From the NCBI GenBank assembly GCA_002269645.1, contig NIVC01000677.1, forward strand, positions 434,001 through 498,000: a DNA stretch of 64,000 nucleotides, in the 5' to 3' direction. Numbering within the stretch: position 1 is the first letter of the stretch; every line of letters begins with the position of its first letter. Made by a program: the position numbers and the translations under genes. Below, piece by piece: positions 10,882 through 22,540 of the stretch. The notes beneath the pieces are model-generated. The model saw only the letters and a program-made list of their open reading frames with translations, did not search any database and had not been told where the DNA came from. The stretch is from Macrostomum lignano (lineage: Eukaryota).

Positions 10882-11364
10882 ATGGGCAATAAACAGGTCG
10901 TTGGTTCGAGTCCCAGCTCTGCCGGGTTTCCAACGCGACGCAGTAGAAAATCTGTCCGGCCGGCGGACGCGCCGCCGTTCCGCTCGCCAGGAAAAAAGCC
11001 AACGCTCCCGACGCCGCCGACGCCGCTCCTACCCCCGTCTACTGCGCCGCAGTCGCCACTCCCGCCGCCTGCAGTACATGTGTATTTACCTCCACCATTG
11101 AATCCGAACTCGTTAAGCGTCCGCAACGACGACTACCTCTTCCCGGACGCTGTCACTCCGGTTAAGGTGGACCGGCGTCTTGTCGACAATTACGACGTTC
11201 CTTACATTGACGATATTGGCGAATGCGACGAGCCTGAAGCCGAGTCCTGCTACTTCACCGAAGACCTGCGCTGGTCGCTTATCCTGCTGGACTCGGCGCC
11301 TCGGCTGGCGGAGGGCGAAGAATTTCCGGAGCTAGGTGAGCGTCTAGCGATGTGGTTTGGGTAG
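10882..11364 (+). CDS. orphan proline-rich protein, 160 aa from first ATG (MGNKQ...)
   Basis: Open frame with GC-rich codon usage: Pro-rich middle and acidic C-terminal half. No recognisable domain. Confidence 0.4.
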   Translation: MGNKQVVGSSPSSAGFPTRRSRKSVRPADAPPFRSPGKKPTLPTPPTPLLPPSTAPQSPLPPPAVHVYLPPPLNPNSLSVRNDDYLFPDAVTPVKVDRRLVDNYDVPYIDDIGECDEPEAESCYFTEDLRWSLILLDSAPRLAEGEEFPELGERLAMWFG

Positions 11365-11456
11365 CGGCAGGGCCTTGAGTCAGGAGACACATGGTCCTGA
11401 GTCAATGAATGAATTTTAAGTCATGAATTTAGGGCTGAATAAAGAAGCGCGTGTTT

Positions 11457-11924
11457 CTGAGTTACCAGATGTGGCTCTGAGTTACCAGATGTGGCTCTGA
11501 GTTACCAGATGTGGCTCTGAGTTACCAGATGTGGCTCTGAGTTACCAGATGTGGCTCTGAGTCACCAGATGTGGCTCTGAGTTACCAGATGTGGCTCTGA
11601 GTCACCAGATGTGGCTCTGAGTTACCAGATGTGGCTCTGAGTTACCAGATGTGGCTCTGAGTTACCAGATGTGGCTCTGAGTTACCAGATGTGGCTCTGA
11701 GTCACCAGATGTGGCTCTGAGTCACCAGATGTGGCTCTGAGTTACCAGATGTGGCTCTGAGTTACCAGATGTGGCTCTGAGTTACCAGATGTGGCTCTGA
11801 GTTACCAGATGTGATTCTGAGTTACCAGATGTGATTCTGAGTTACCAGATGTGGCTCTGAGTTACCAGATGTGGCTCTGAGTTACCAGATGTGATTCTGA
11901 GTCACCAGATGTGGCTCTGAGTCA
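11457..11924. repeat. 20-bp minisatellite (~23 copies)
   Basis: Unit GT(T/C)ACCAGATGTGGCTCTGA. Confidence 0.95.
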
Positions 11925-12029
11925 AGATGGATAAAATGCTTTGAGTTCACTCTGTCAACATGCATTCTTCTGGAAAAATGTGCCAGTCAAGTAGTTCATG
12001 CCAGAAACCGCTATCGACTCTCCTCGATC

Positions 12030-12380
12030 CATTCCCAGTCGCCACGTACGACCCCGTGTCCAACCTGGGTGCCGTCGGTTCCAAGCGTCACCGGTTGGGA
12101 CTTTTGACGCGGCTATTCCGTGGAAACAGACGAAGACGGCGCCGCCAGCATGGCGAGGCGTCGCGGGCATGAGAAACAGGAAAAAGAGCTGGAGAGCAGA
12201 ATTCCTTTTTCTATTCTTAACAGTCGCGCCTGGCCTGTTTCTCTCTTGGCCTCATAGCGTTCCAGGAAGCGCCGATGAAATGTGCAATCTTGTGCGGAAT
12301 GTGATCGCACATGCAAATCGCAGACACTGAAACGACTAGATTTGTCACTCGCAAAAAGTGCGTATCTACTTTATTTAGTA
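12030..12380 (+). mobile_element. possible RTE-type LINE 3' relic
   Basis: Peptides ...AIPWKQTKTAPPAWRGV... and CAECDRTCKSQ...(HSQK) resemble the W-E-x3-D-R-x2-W-R segment and terminal CxxC zinc finger of RTE ORF ends. Frames are broken. Confidence 0.3.
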
Positions 12381-14088
12381 GCAAAATCAGCGTTTTATTT
12401 TATAATAGCTTTTAGCTTTTGAATCAGCAACAACGGCATCTGGCTTTCTACAAGCAGACCCACTAGATAGATTAGCATCTTTATCCCGTTTGAAGCTGCA
12501 TCAGAATCCAGTGCGTGTGCATAGCAGAGCAAAGGGGTGGCGCCCCAACCATAAACAGTTTGGCTTTCCTCTTTCCCGCTTGTGTCTGATTTTCACCTCT
12601 CTCCTTACTGATCTCTGATTGGATGAGCTACGTCGTAGATTGAGCCTGCCTTATAGGCTGGGTTTCGTCCGTCTAACTTTGACCTCTCTCCTTACTGCTC
12701 TCTCATTGGCTGAGCTAGATTGGGTCTGCCCCCCCCCAAGCTGAGTTTTGTGTTTTGTGTACACTGAGTTGTTTATTCCTAACCCCATATGCTCCTGAGG
12801 CCGCAACCCCGAGGAAGAAAAGGAAATTTTAACTGCCACATTCAATTAAAATGACACTGTACAGATAAACTACTGAAAAAAGAATAGACGCTCTAATTTT
12901 TCACAAATTTAATTGTAAGTGACATACCTCTAAGTATCTAGTTCCTAGTCCCTAGTTCCTCTAGTATCTGTGCATGCAACCAGTAATTGCAACTTGTCAA
13001 TGTCTTATAGTTCGCTTTTTACTTCAATATACGAGTGCATTGTCAAATGTCATATACTTAAAAATCTTTAAGAAGAAACTCCAAAAACCCAGTTTTTTTC
13101 AAAGCTGGATGCCATTTAATTTAAGGTCGATATTTTCTGTAATTCTCATTTTATTTGAAGTATCAATAATTTCAAAAGTTATTGGGATTCTTGAGCTGTC
13201 AAGATCCAGTTCAATTGTAAAAGTTGAGTAATCTGTTAATGTGGAGTTTGCAGACTCCTGTGGGTCAGAGAGGCTTAGTAGGGTAAGATGCGCTGGCATC
13301 ATGATTTTCAGTCTGGCACCCAGGAGGCCAAACAACACTGCAGCGATTCTTACGCCTTAAAGAACCCAGGTTCGCACTGGATACAGGTATAGCCATTGAC
13401 AATAGGCAGTCAGAAGTTGCTTTTCACACCGGCAAATGCAGACCATAGACACCATCTTCCGGATTGGATAAGCGCCAGAGAAACTGTGTCTTTTTTAAAG
13501 CAACTTTTAAAGCCACAGACACTACATGATCGGCAGCTGACAGATGACGGGGCCAAATTTAGTTTGGCCTTGAATTTGGGGGTAAAAATTTTGCTCCGCA
13601 AAGTCCCCGTTTGTGCCGATCGGCTACTGAATACCCTTAGTTGTCTATGGTAAAACCTGCACGGAAAGTTTATTGAGGGGTTCAATAAGCGGTTTTGAGT
13701 GCTTTAATATCTAGGCCACGAGTGCTTCTCCAATTAGCTTCTCCATTCAGTCTATTTTTCAGTTCAGTCCCATAAAATCTACACATCAAATTCTGTCATT
13801 TTTCACTAGCTACTTTTGTTTGGTGTGGTGTGTTTATCAAAACTGCTGGCACTGTATAGCCTGGAGAATTAGTCTTCATGCCATAAAATCTGAGCGGTGG
13901 TAGTGGGCAGAATACTGACTGTACTGTACTTGACCACTGTACACTGGCTGCCTACTCTGTACTAAGCCACTCCTACCCCTAGCTTTACTCAGAGCTTGGG
14001 GCAGGCGTACAAATATAGTATAAACAGTTAAGCAGACAGGGAGTCTTGTCTGGTTCTGCCATAAGCCCAGCAACTAAATCAGACAATC

Positions 14089-14790
14089 ATGCAGCCATTC
14101 GCTTCCAGAACAGTCGACGGCATTCGCTACCGTCTGGTTGCTCCGTCGGACGCCGCCGCCTTGGAGGAGTTGGCGTTGAAAGAGTTCTGCGGCCGGATGC
14201 CGCTCTACCAGCAGGTAGGCGCCACCTCCCGGTCCGATGTGGAGCTCTCCATGGATTTTCTGCCCAAGCTGGCGCTGGCTGGCGAGTCTCTGGTGGCCGA
14301 GGACGCCGGCTCCGGCCAGCTGGTCGGCGCTCGGCTCTCCGCCGTTGAACGTCGCGACTCCTGGCCGCCGTCGAAGCATCCGCTGATGGTGGACGCCGAG
14401 CTGCAGGCCCGCTATCCAAAGGAGAGCATCGTGATGCGAGCCGCTGACGCCACGCTGACCGCGGCAAACTATTTCGGCGCCTATTCCGACGTGAGCGCCG
14501 CTATGGTGTCGCGCATGCTGGCCGTGCGCGAGTCCCACGGACGGCGCGGCATCGGGCGCCGTTTGCAGGAGTTCGCGCTCGAGCTGGCGCCAAGCATAGG
14601 CGCCCAATTGGTGGTCGGCCTGACGCAGAGCTATTATTCTCAGCGGATCTACGAGGATCTGCAGTTTGAGAGGGTCTACGCCGAGACCATCCCGGATTAT
14701 GTCGATCCGGCCACTGGCGACAAACCGTTTGCCGGTCTGGCGGGCACAGTGCACCAGGAGGCTGTGTCTTTGCCAAGCGGGTCTGACTGA
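14089..14790 (+). CDS. GNAT acetyltransferase, insect-type arylalkylamine/dopamine N-acetyltransferase-like, 233 aa as assembled
   Basis: SLVAED..SGQLVGARL, acetyl-CoA motif A VRESHGRRGIGRRL, then TQSYYSQRIYEDLQF...DYVDPATGDKPF, matching iAANAT architecture. Probable frameshift near 14760 (see findings). Confidence 0.85.
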   Translation: MQPFASRTVDGIRYRLVAPSDAAALEELALKEFCGRMPLYQQVGATSRSDVELSMDFLPKLALAGESLVAEDAGSGQLVGARLSAVERRDSWPPSKHPLMVDAELQARYPKESIVMRAADATLTAANYFGAYSDVSAAMVSRMLAVRESHGRRGIGRRLQEFALELAPSIGAQLVVGLTQSYYSQRIYEDLQFERVYAETIPDYVDPATGDKPFAGLAGTVHQEAVSLPSGSD

Positions 14791-14846
14791 GGCTATTCGT
14801 CTGGGTAGAGGTTTATCGAACTAGAGTCCTAAGTGCTGAGTCCCTT

Positions 14847-15613
14847 GATTCTAGGGTCAGAGACGCAGATTCTAGGGTCTGCGACGCGGATTCTAGGGTC
14901 TGAGTCACGGGTTCTAGGGTCTGAGACACGGATTCTAGGGTCTGAGTCACGGATTCTTGGGTCTGAGACGCAGATTCCAGGGTCTGAGTCACGGATTCTA
15001 GGGTCTGAGTCACGGATTCTAGGGTCTGAGACGCAGATTCTAGGGTCTGCGACGCGGAGTCTAGGGTCTGAGTCACGGATTCTAGGGTCTGAGACGCAGA
15101 TTCTAGGGTCTGCGACGCGGAGTCTAGGGTCTGAGTCACGGATTCTAGGGTCTGAGTCACGGATTCTAGGATCTGAGACGCGGATTCTAGGGTCTGAGTC
15201 GCGGATTCTAGGGTCTGAGACGCAGATTCTAGGATCTGAGACGCAGATTCTGGGTCTGAGACACGGATTCTAGGGCTGAGACGCGGATTCTAGGGTCTGA
15301 GTCGCGGATTCTAGGGTCTGAGACGCGGATTCTGGGTCTGAGACACGGATTCTAGGGCCTGAGACGCGGATTCTAGGATCAGATACACGGATTCTAGGGT
15401 CTGAGTCGCGGATTCTAGGGTCTGAGACGCAGATTCTAGGGTCTGAGACGCGGATTCTTGGGTCTGAGACGCAGATTCCAGGGTCTGAGACGCGGATTCT
15501 AGGGTCTGAGTCACGGATTCTAGGGTCTGAGTCACAGATTCTAGGGTCTGAGACGCGGATTCTGGTCTGGGACACGGATTCTAGGGTCAGATACACGGAT
15601 TCAAAGGTCTGAA
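14847..15613. repeat. 21-bp minisatellite, left part
   Basis: Unit GGATTCTAGGGTCTGAG(A/T)C(G/A)C. Confidence 0.95.
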
Positions 15614-16024
15614 CAAGGATAACTCAGGACTTGATAACTCAGGACCGGAAACGAGCCAATTCATGGCGAAAAAAGTATGAGGCTCGTTTAAAAGCATTGT
15701 TCTATGGCCCGTCCGTATGCGCATGCTTTCAGTTGCCAATGTATACCGTATCATATTTGACTTTTTGATAGCACTCAGAGGCGGGTGCAGGTCGGTTTTC
15801 TTAAATGTTGAATATTTTTTATTACATTAAGTAACCGTCGTGAAAATACACAATGGGAAAGCTGTACATGCAGCACATGTATAAGGAAACTCGAGAAAAA
15901 TTTACGATTCTTTCTTCATCTGAACTACAAACAGAGAAGAAAATAACAGTCACAGAACGGGACAAGAGCTGACTATGATAAATAGTGAAGTGTTTGCTCC
16001 AGGTTCGCTCACTGTCCACTCAGT

Positions 16025-18859
16025 TCAGTATTTTTCTATCGTGCACTTTATCCGGTGAAGGAGCGCTCTTTGCTCCTCGTTGAACATAACCTTGAAGAAA
16101 CAGTTGGTGAGGCGCACGCAGCATCCCAGAACATCTGCTTCAGGGAAGTAAAACTCGCCAACGGCAGCAAACAATTTGCGCACTCGCAAGCACATGACGG
16201 TGATCGCAGCGAAATGAAGCATCCGAAATAGAGGCAAGCAAAATTGAACAGCCACTTTGGCGGGTGCTTCAACTTTCCCCGGGAAATCATTTCAGTGAAT
16301 TCACCGAGTGGGGTGTTTAAATTTTCGGCAGGATCATCACCGGCAATTTTCTCCTTAACGTTATGTAGCCTGAAATGTTATTAATTATGCCTCAGTTGTC
16401 CTTCGCCTCAGCAATCGTTATTTCATCCAAGTTTAAGTAACACAAATGCATGCCTTACCTGCAATATAATAAACAGATGCCTTTTCGGCCATTGATAGGC
16501 TCTCAGCTTTGACGTAGCAGTCATCGAGCGTCGAAAGTTCTTCGTCTGAAAGGGGCGTGTCGCAGCAAAGTCCTTTGTTGTGCACGAATCCATCCAGCTC
16601 TAACACTGTGTAGAGTTTCATTCGTCGGAGTCGAGCGCTGAAAGAACTTGCTCTACTGAGATAAAGTAATTGCCTCCGCCTCATTTGGCGATAACACCAA
16701 ATTCTGCTTCCAGAGGATCACTTTTGCAACTCCGCTATGAGAATGTACGTTGCACCAGATTCGCAGAGCAGTCGTTGCATAGTTCTATGATTGCATGAAT
16801 AGTGTAAGCTAATGACCTCTTCGTCTCTGACGTCAGAGATTGGTGTCTTGTTCTTCCCTTTCCACTGTGCATCCTCAATCGATTGCAAAGCGCGGCGCAG
16901 GAACTTGATGTTTGGATCTTGAACTGAATAGACAGCCCGTCTGTCTGGGTTTAAGTCTACATGAAGATGCGGGTTCTTGGCAGTTCACAATTTTCCAGAA
17001 TTTCGAAATAACGTCAATGAATGCAGCTGTTCCATCTTCCCGTCGCATTTTAGGGCGGCAGCAACGTTGTCGCAGAAAACTTGAAGAGCTAAATTGACTT
17101 TAGTCTTTTGGACATTTGTTGGGAAACACGCTTCGTATGTAATGCCTGTACGCTTAACAATGTGATCTGCTTCAGATTTATACAGTTCTACAATATCTGA
17201 CCACTTAGCCGTGACGACTGTTGTAGACTTGGGCAAACGAATGGTTAGCATTCCATCAGACTCAGACTGCCAATTGTTCCGAATTGACTTCAAAAGGTGT
17301 ACAACATCATGGAGCAAAAAGAAAGTAGACTCCTGTGATTCAGATTTGCCGATCCAAGGTTTTGTCTGTTGAGCAGCAAACATCGAGAAGCACTTTCTGT
17401 TTGTGGGATGGTTGTCACACACAAGCGCTACAACGAGGCCTCCATGTTGATTGACGAGTTGAATGCACTTTCGAAGCTGATGGTACAAAAAGTCGGCGGA
17501 AAGAAGAAAAATCGGTATCAGCCTTAGAACAAATGGCTTACCGCCGAACAATGGCTTCAACATTATTGCGAGCACTGTTCGAGCAGTTTTGTTATGATTG
17601 TCTGACGCTTGGCCGAGCAGATGTTGGCACCGATAGCGAATCGATGGCTGGACATACATTTCATCGAAAATCAACACACAAGACTTCTGCTGCGGTTTCA
17701 GTTTGGCAAATGTGACCTTTACGATCTCGTGTGCATCATTTTCAGTGCCAATCTCTCCTAGACCAGCCAACTGAGTGCGTAATGTGCGTTGGTGGGGCAA
17801 AGGAAGGAGCGTCTGTGCATGCGCGTATGCAGAACTGCTAATCAGGTAAAGCAAAGCAGATTGGCGCATAGTGGCAATGTCGTATCGTCGATTGTTTGGG
17901 TGCGTTGTGGCGAACTCGAGTAGCTTCAGGATGAATGTAACCGATGTGTCCGGTACAACTCCATCGTGGTTAAAGGCAATAGAAAGGTTCTTAGATAATG
18001 CCCTCACCTCAGTTTCGACGTCCACTGTAGAGTTTTTACAACGATTTATGATAGCTTCAAGTTGCGACCAATACTTTAATGTTGGTTGAAATCCAAGCAG
18101 ATCTCGAACCGCAACTGGTGAGTGTAACCGAAAGCATCGCACGGAATAGTTTGGTGAAACGAAAACTCGCAGAACCATTTCGGCATTGGCGCTTAACGAG
18201 AAGATAAACACCTCCTCTTGAACAATGGTAACAATAAGCTGATGTGCTTTGATGACGTCTGAACAGTGGATGGATGCTCGGAATTCAGTCCACGATGGCA
18301 GCGTGTCACGCTCTCGAAATTCTACTAGTTCATCTTGGAAAAGGCATCGTTCGGACAGCAGCACGCCCCTTCCCTCAGCCTGTCGACTGGCACGCACTGC
18401 AATATCCAAGCACGCATCTTAGTGTTTCGTTTCGACCCTATTTGATGGAGTGCAAATACGCTCGAATATTTGAATTAAAGCAGTAGAACTTCACAAACCT
18501 TGTGTTTGAACGAGGCAGGACTGCGGGACTCCGTCGAAAACTGATGGTGGATGTAGCGGCCTTTCCTTTCTTCCCTTTTTTATCATTGGTGCATCTTGAG
18601 GCCAGTGCTTAGCACACACGCCCATGTAGTCTGTCACGGTCTAAACAACAACAAAATTGTCAATGAATTCATGTAGCCAGGCTAAATCTGATTCACAAAG
18701 CACATTTGAAGAAAGTCTTACCGTCAGTTGATTAGGCAGTGACAGCCGCCAAGCCTCTCGTTCAGTTGCATCCTTAGGAAACGAAAATACTGCAACATTC
18801 CGATCACGGTTACTATTATAGTTTGCACAACAGAAAATGACGCTGCATTTTCTCGGCAT
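16025..18859 (-). pseudogene. THAP-domain P-element transposase, spliced, with multiple single-base frameshifts as assembled
   Basis: THAP: MPRKCSVIFC...FSFPKD...REAW (exon 18859-~18722), then VCAKHW...HPPSVF (exon ~18629-18500). Core motifs CVLIFDEMYVQP, LVCDNHPTN, DVVHLLKSIRNNW, GTAAFIDVISKFW, QSDPLEAEFG..RQMSGGNYFISV. Further intron near 16457-16370. Confidence 0.88.
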
Positions 18860-19160
18860 GATATTTATTTTCAGCGAGAATAAAAGTTCTCTCTCTCAAT
18901 TGCAAGTGCATGCGAAGAACTCAATTTTAAGCTCAGATTTCTTCGCTTTCGCAGCTTTGGATGGGCCATAGAACAATGGGAGATTATACATACGGTACTA
19001 TCGTTAAACAATAAGCAAAGATCACTCGTGGCTACGCTTAGTACCGTAGTATAGACTTATTGGCACTATCGTTTAGCATACTCGACTAGAAGCATTGTTT
19101 AACGCTGAAGCGTTGTTTAACGATGTCTCAGAGAATCAGAAACGTCCTAGACTGCGCAGG

Positions 19161-19540
19161 TTTTGGCCATAGACATCGACAACGACAACGACATCGACAC
19201 TCTATTGTCGGCTGATTTTCCATGCAAGAATGGCATTCTTGCACTCTTTTGCGTGCAGGAATGGATGTCTATGGTAAAATCTCACTGAAAAAGCATTAGG
19301 CGCAGAAATGCATTCCTGCACGGTTTTGTGCATTCCTGCACGATGAATCATCCGACAATGGAATTCCTTCACGTTCACTCGTGCGTGAAGGACATCGTGC
19401 ACTCGTGCGCTAGCGCGCACTCGTGCAGATGTCATTCCCGCACTCGTGACCGTGCAGGAATATATCATTCCTAATGTTTTTCATGCATTGAACGTTTAGT
19501 ACGAGCGTACAATACATATAAAATAAATTGTCTATGGCAA
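19161..19540. mobile_element. MITE-like insert inside P-element right arm
   Basis: Inverted ends TTTTGGCCATAGACA (19161-19175) and TGTCTATGGCAAAA (~19529-19542). Confidence 0.45.
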
Positions 19541-19686
19541 AATTTTCAATCATCGTTAAACAATCAATCTTTGACTGAAGCGTTGTTAGTATGGTAAACC
19601 ATAGTAACAATGCTTTTAAACGAGCCTCATACTTTTTTCGCCATGAATTGGCTCGTTTCCGGTCCTGAGTTATCAAGTTGTCCTTG

Positions 19687-20420
19687 GGTCTGAATCACGG
19701 ATTCAAAGGTCTGAGACATAGATTCTAGGGTCTGAACGCGGATTCTAGGGTCTGAGACGCGGATTCTGGGTCTGAGACACGGATTCTAGGGTCTGAGACG
19801 CGGATTCTAGGGTCTGAGACGCGGATTCTGGGTCTGAGACACGGATTCTGGGTCTGAGACACGGATTCTAGGGTCTGAGACGCGGATTCTAGGGTCTGAG
19901 ACGCGGATTCTAGGGTCTGAGACACGGATTCTGGGTCTGAGTCACGGATTCTAGGGTCTGAGACGCAGATTCTAGGGTCTGAGACACGGATTCTGGGTCT
20001 GAGTCACGGATTCTAGGGTCTGAGACGCGGATTCTAGGGTCTGAGACGCGGATTCTGGGTCTGAGTCACGGATTCTAGGGTCTGAGACGCGGATTCTAGG
20101 GTCTGAGACGCAGATTCTAGGGTCTGAGACACGGATTCTAGGGCCTGAGACGCGGATTCTGGGTCTGAGTCACGGATTCTAGGGTCTGAGACGCGGATTC
20201 TAGGGTCTGAGACGCAGATTCTAGGGTCTGAGACACGGATTCTAGGGTCTGAGACGCAGATTCTAGGGTCTGAGACACGGATTCTAGGGTCTGAGACGCG
20301 GATTCTAGGGTCTGAGACGCGGATTCTAGGGTCTGAGACGCGGATTCTAGGATCTGAGACGCGGATTCTAGGGTCAGATACACGGATTCAAAGGTCTGAA
20401 TCACGGATTCTAGGGTCTGA
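19687..20420. repeat. 21-bp minisatellite, right part (same array as 14847-15613)
   Basis: Same unit and orientation as the left part; the array is split by the P-element. Confidence 0.95.
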
Positions 20421-20639
20421 GGGAAGGATTAACAAAAGTAATCAAAATATTTTAGATTCATACCAAATATCGACGAATTAAGCCGCAATATCACTGTGAG
20501 TAGCTATTTATGGTTTTATTTACTTTTTGTTGATCCTTAATTTGTCATCCAATTCATTTAACTGAAACAATACACTCGCATGTTATTGCACTAAATAAAA
20601 GAGATTGGTGCATAATTGCTTCCTGTAAATGCTAAGAAA

Positions 20640-20960
20640 CATTCCGTTTTCTTCTTCCTCGTATTTTCCTCCCTACATCTCTTTCTTCTACATTTCCCTC
20701 TATCTCGATCTTCTCTCTCTTTCTCTTTCTCTCTTCTCTCCCTTAATCCCATTCTTCCTACCTACAATTTCCCTTCCTCCTTACTCTCTCCTTCTTTCCT
20801 CTCTTACTCCCTACATCTCTCCCCTCTCTACATCTCTCCCCTCCCTACGTCTCTTCCCTCACTAGATATCTTACTCCCTAAATCTCCCCTCCTTATACCT
20901 TCTCTCACACTTCTCCCTCCCTACGTCTCTTCCTCCTTTAAATCTCTTAATTCTCTACAT
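20640..20960. repeat. CT-rich low-complexity tract
   Basis: Almost purely pyrimidine plus-strand sequence. Confidence 0.85.
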
Positions 20961-21669
20961 CTTAATCCATAAATCCATCATCAATTCCTCCTACCAATGC
21001 CTCAGTACATGCATATCTCGCCCTTCACCCGGAATACATTGCATGCCATACCGGTAACAGCAGGGTATTCTGTGGAGCAAACAAAACAGCCTGTCTATTA
21101 ATAGAGCACTTTGTGAAAGTTAACTTCTTAACACGCCTGCAGCATTGTTGGGTCATGCAATTTTTCTGGCATTCTGCAATCCCAGGCAATGTCTGCTCTG
21201 AAAGGCTGGCACTAAAAAGGGAACAATAAAAGGGAGAGAAAGAAATCAAGAGATGGAGACGGCAGGAAACTGGGAAGAGGGGGAAAGAGATGTACATGAA
21301 ATCTGTGTCGGTAGTGGCTGGCATCAGGAGATTAGAAGGACATTTGCGAGAGTAGCCCTCGTTCCAGACAACTTTTTGATGCTGGCTCCTTTCCGATCCA
21401 GGTGTTCTGCACCCTCTTGAAGTCCTTGAATTGAAGGACGGACAATGGCAGCACAAAACTGATTATAATTTGATCTTTTAAGGTGAAAAATTGCTTCTTG
21501 AAGTGGGCCCGTGCGAATGTACTAGAATTGCATTAGCCAGATGGAAAATCTGCATTTTTAAGCACTTAATGACCGACCACGTTCTTACCGTTTGCTTAAA
21601 TTTGAGATAAATGCTACCCGAGACCCCGACACTTCCTATCGGTAACAAACTGCACGATCAGTTTGGATT

Positions 21670-22540
21670 AACACACAGACACACAGTCACACACACAGTC
21701 ACATACACAGAGTCACATACAGACACACACAGTCACATACACAGAGTCACATACAGACACACACAGTCACATGCACACACAGTCACATACAGACACACAG
21801 ACACATGCACACACAGTCACATGCACACACAGCCACATGCACACACAGCCACATGCACACACAGCCACATGCACACACAGTCACATGCACACACAGTCAC
21901 ATGCACACACAGTCACATACACAGAGTCACATGCACACACAGTCACATGCACACACAGTCACATGCACACACAGCCACATGCACACACAGACACATGCAC
22001 ACAGTCACATGCACACACAGGGGGCCGTAGCCCAGCGGTAGCGCAGCTGCTCTGGTGTGCCGCGACCCAGGCTCGATTCCAAGTGCAGCCACATTAATTT
22101 GGGGCTGGATTGGAATCTTGGCTTGGCTCGCTTGTGCAATTAACGGCCTTGAGAGCCAACCCCCCCAAGGCGCAGTGAAGTGTACATGCCTAACAATTGA
22201 TAAAGTTAGGGCCGCTGTACACTCCTGTGTGAGTGTGTGCCTGCGTAACGTATCCGCACGCTTGTGTGCCTGCTCAGGGGAGTCGGCGGAATGGGCAGTA
22301 ATGCCTCTCGCCGGTTGTGTGCCAATATTGACGCTTAAATTGCGCCAGGATGCACACAACCCCCCTGCCTCTAATAATAAAACATGCACACACAGTCACA
22401 TGCACACAGTCACATACACACAGTCACATACACACACAGAGACACACAGAAAACAGGCACAGACATAAATACACACACAGACACACAGACACATACAGAC
22501 ACACAGACATACAGACATACACAGACACACACACAGACCA
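21670..22540. repeat. CA-rich repeat (CACACACAGTCACATG-like) interrupted by a SINE
   Basis: Degenerate (CA)n-based units on both sides of 22021-22380. Confidence 0.9.
22021..22380 (+). mobile_element. SINE family A, full length
   Basis: tRNA-like head GGGGCCGTAGCCCAGCGGTAGCGC...CCAGGCTCGATTCC (A and B boxes), conserved body, TAATAATAA tail. Near-identical organisation to 35430-35768. Confidence 0.8.

Larger units (their letters stand above)
15614..19686 (-). mobile_element. P-element superfamily (THAP9-like) DNA transposon, 4073 bp
   Basis: Ends CAAGG...CCTTG. About 90-bp TIRs share CTTGATAACTCAGGACCGGAAACGAGCCAATTCATGGCGAAAAAAGTATGAGGCTCGTTTAAAAGCATTGTT. Perfect 8-bp TSD GGTCTGAA at 15606-15613 and 19687-19694. 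Encodes a THAP transposase. Confidence 0.92.

Noticed and set aside
13099-13685. Minus-strand ORFs with a CxxCxxC cluster
   Set aside because: No recognisable domain, no consistent splice sites; possibly decayed TE.
14074-14754. Antisense/alternative-frame ORFs over GC-rich genes (AANAT-like, MRPL12, FANK1, kinase, GPCR)
   Set aside because: Shadow ORFs expected from high GC3 codon usage.
22021-22095. tRNA gene calls at SINE heads (also 9845, 35700, 43647, 55641, 25820)
   Set aside because: A/B boxes are present, but there is no complete cloverleaf or terminator, and each continues into a shared SINE body.
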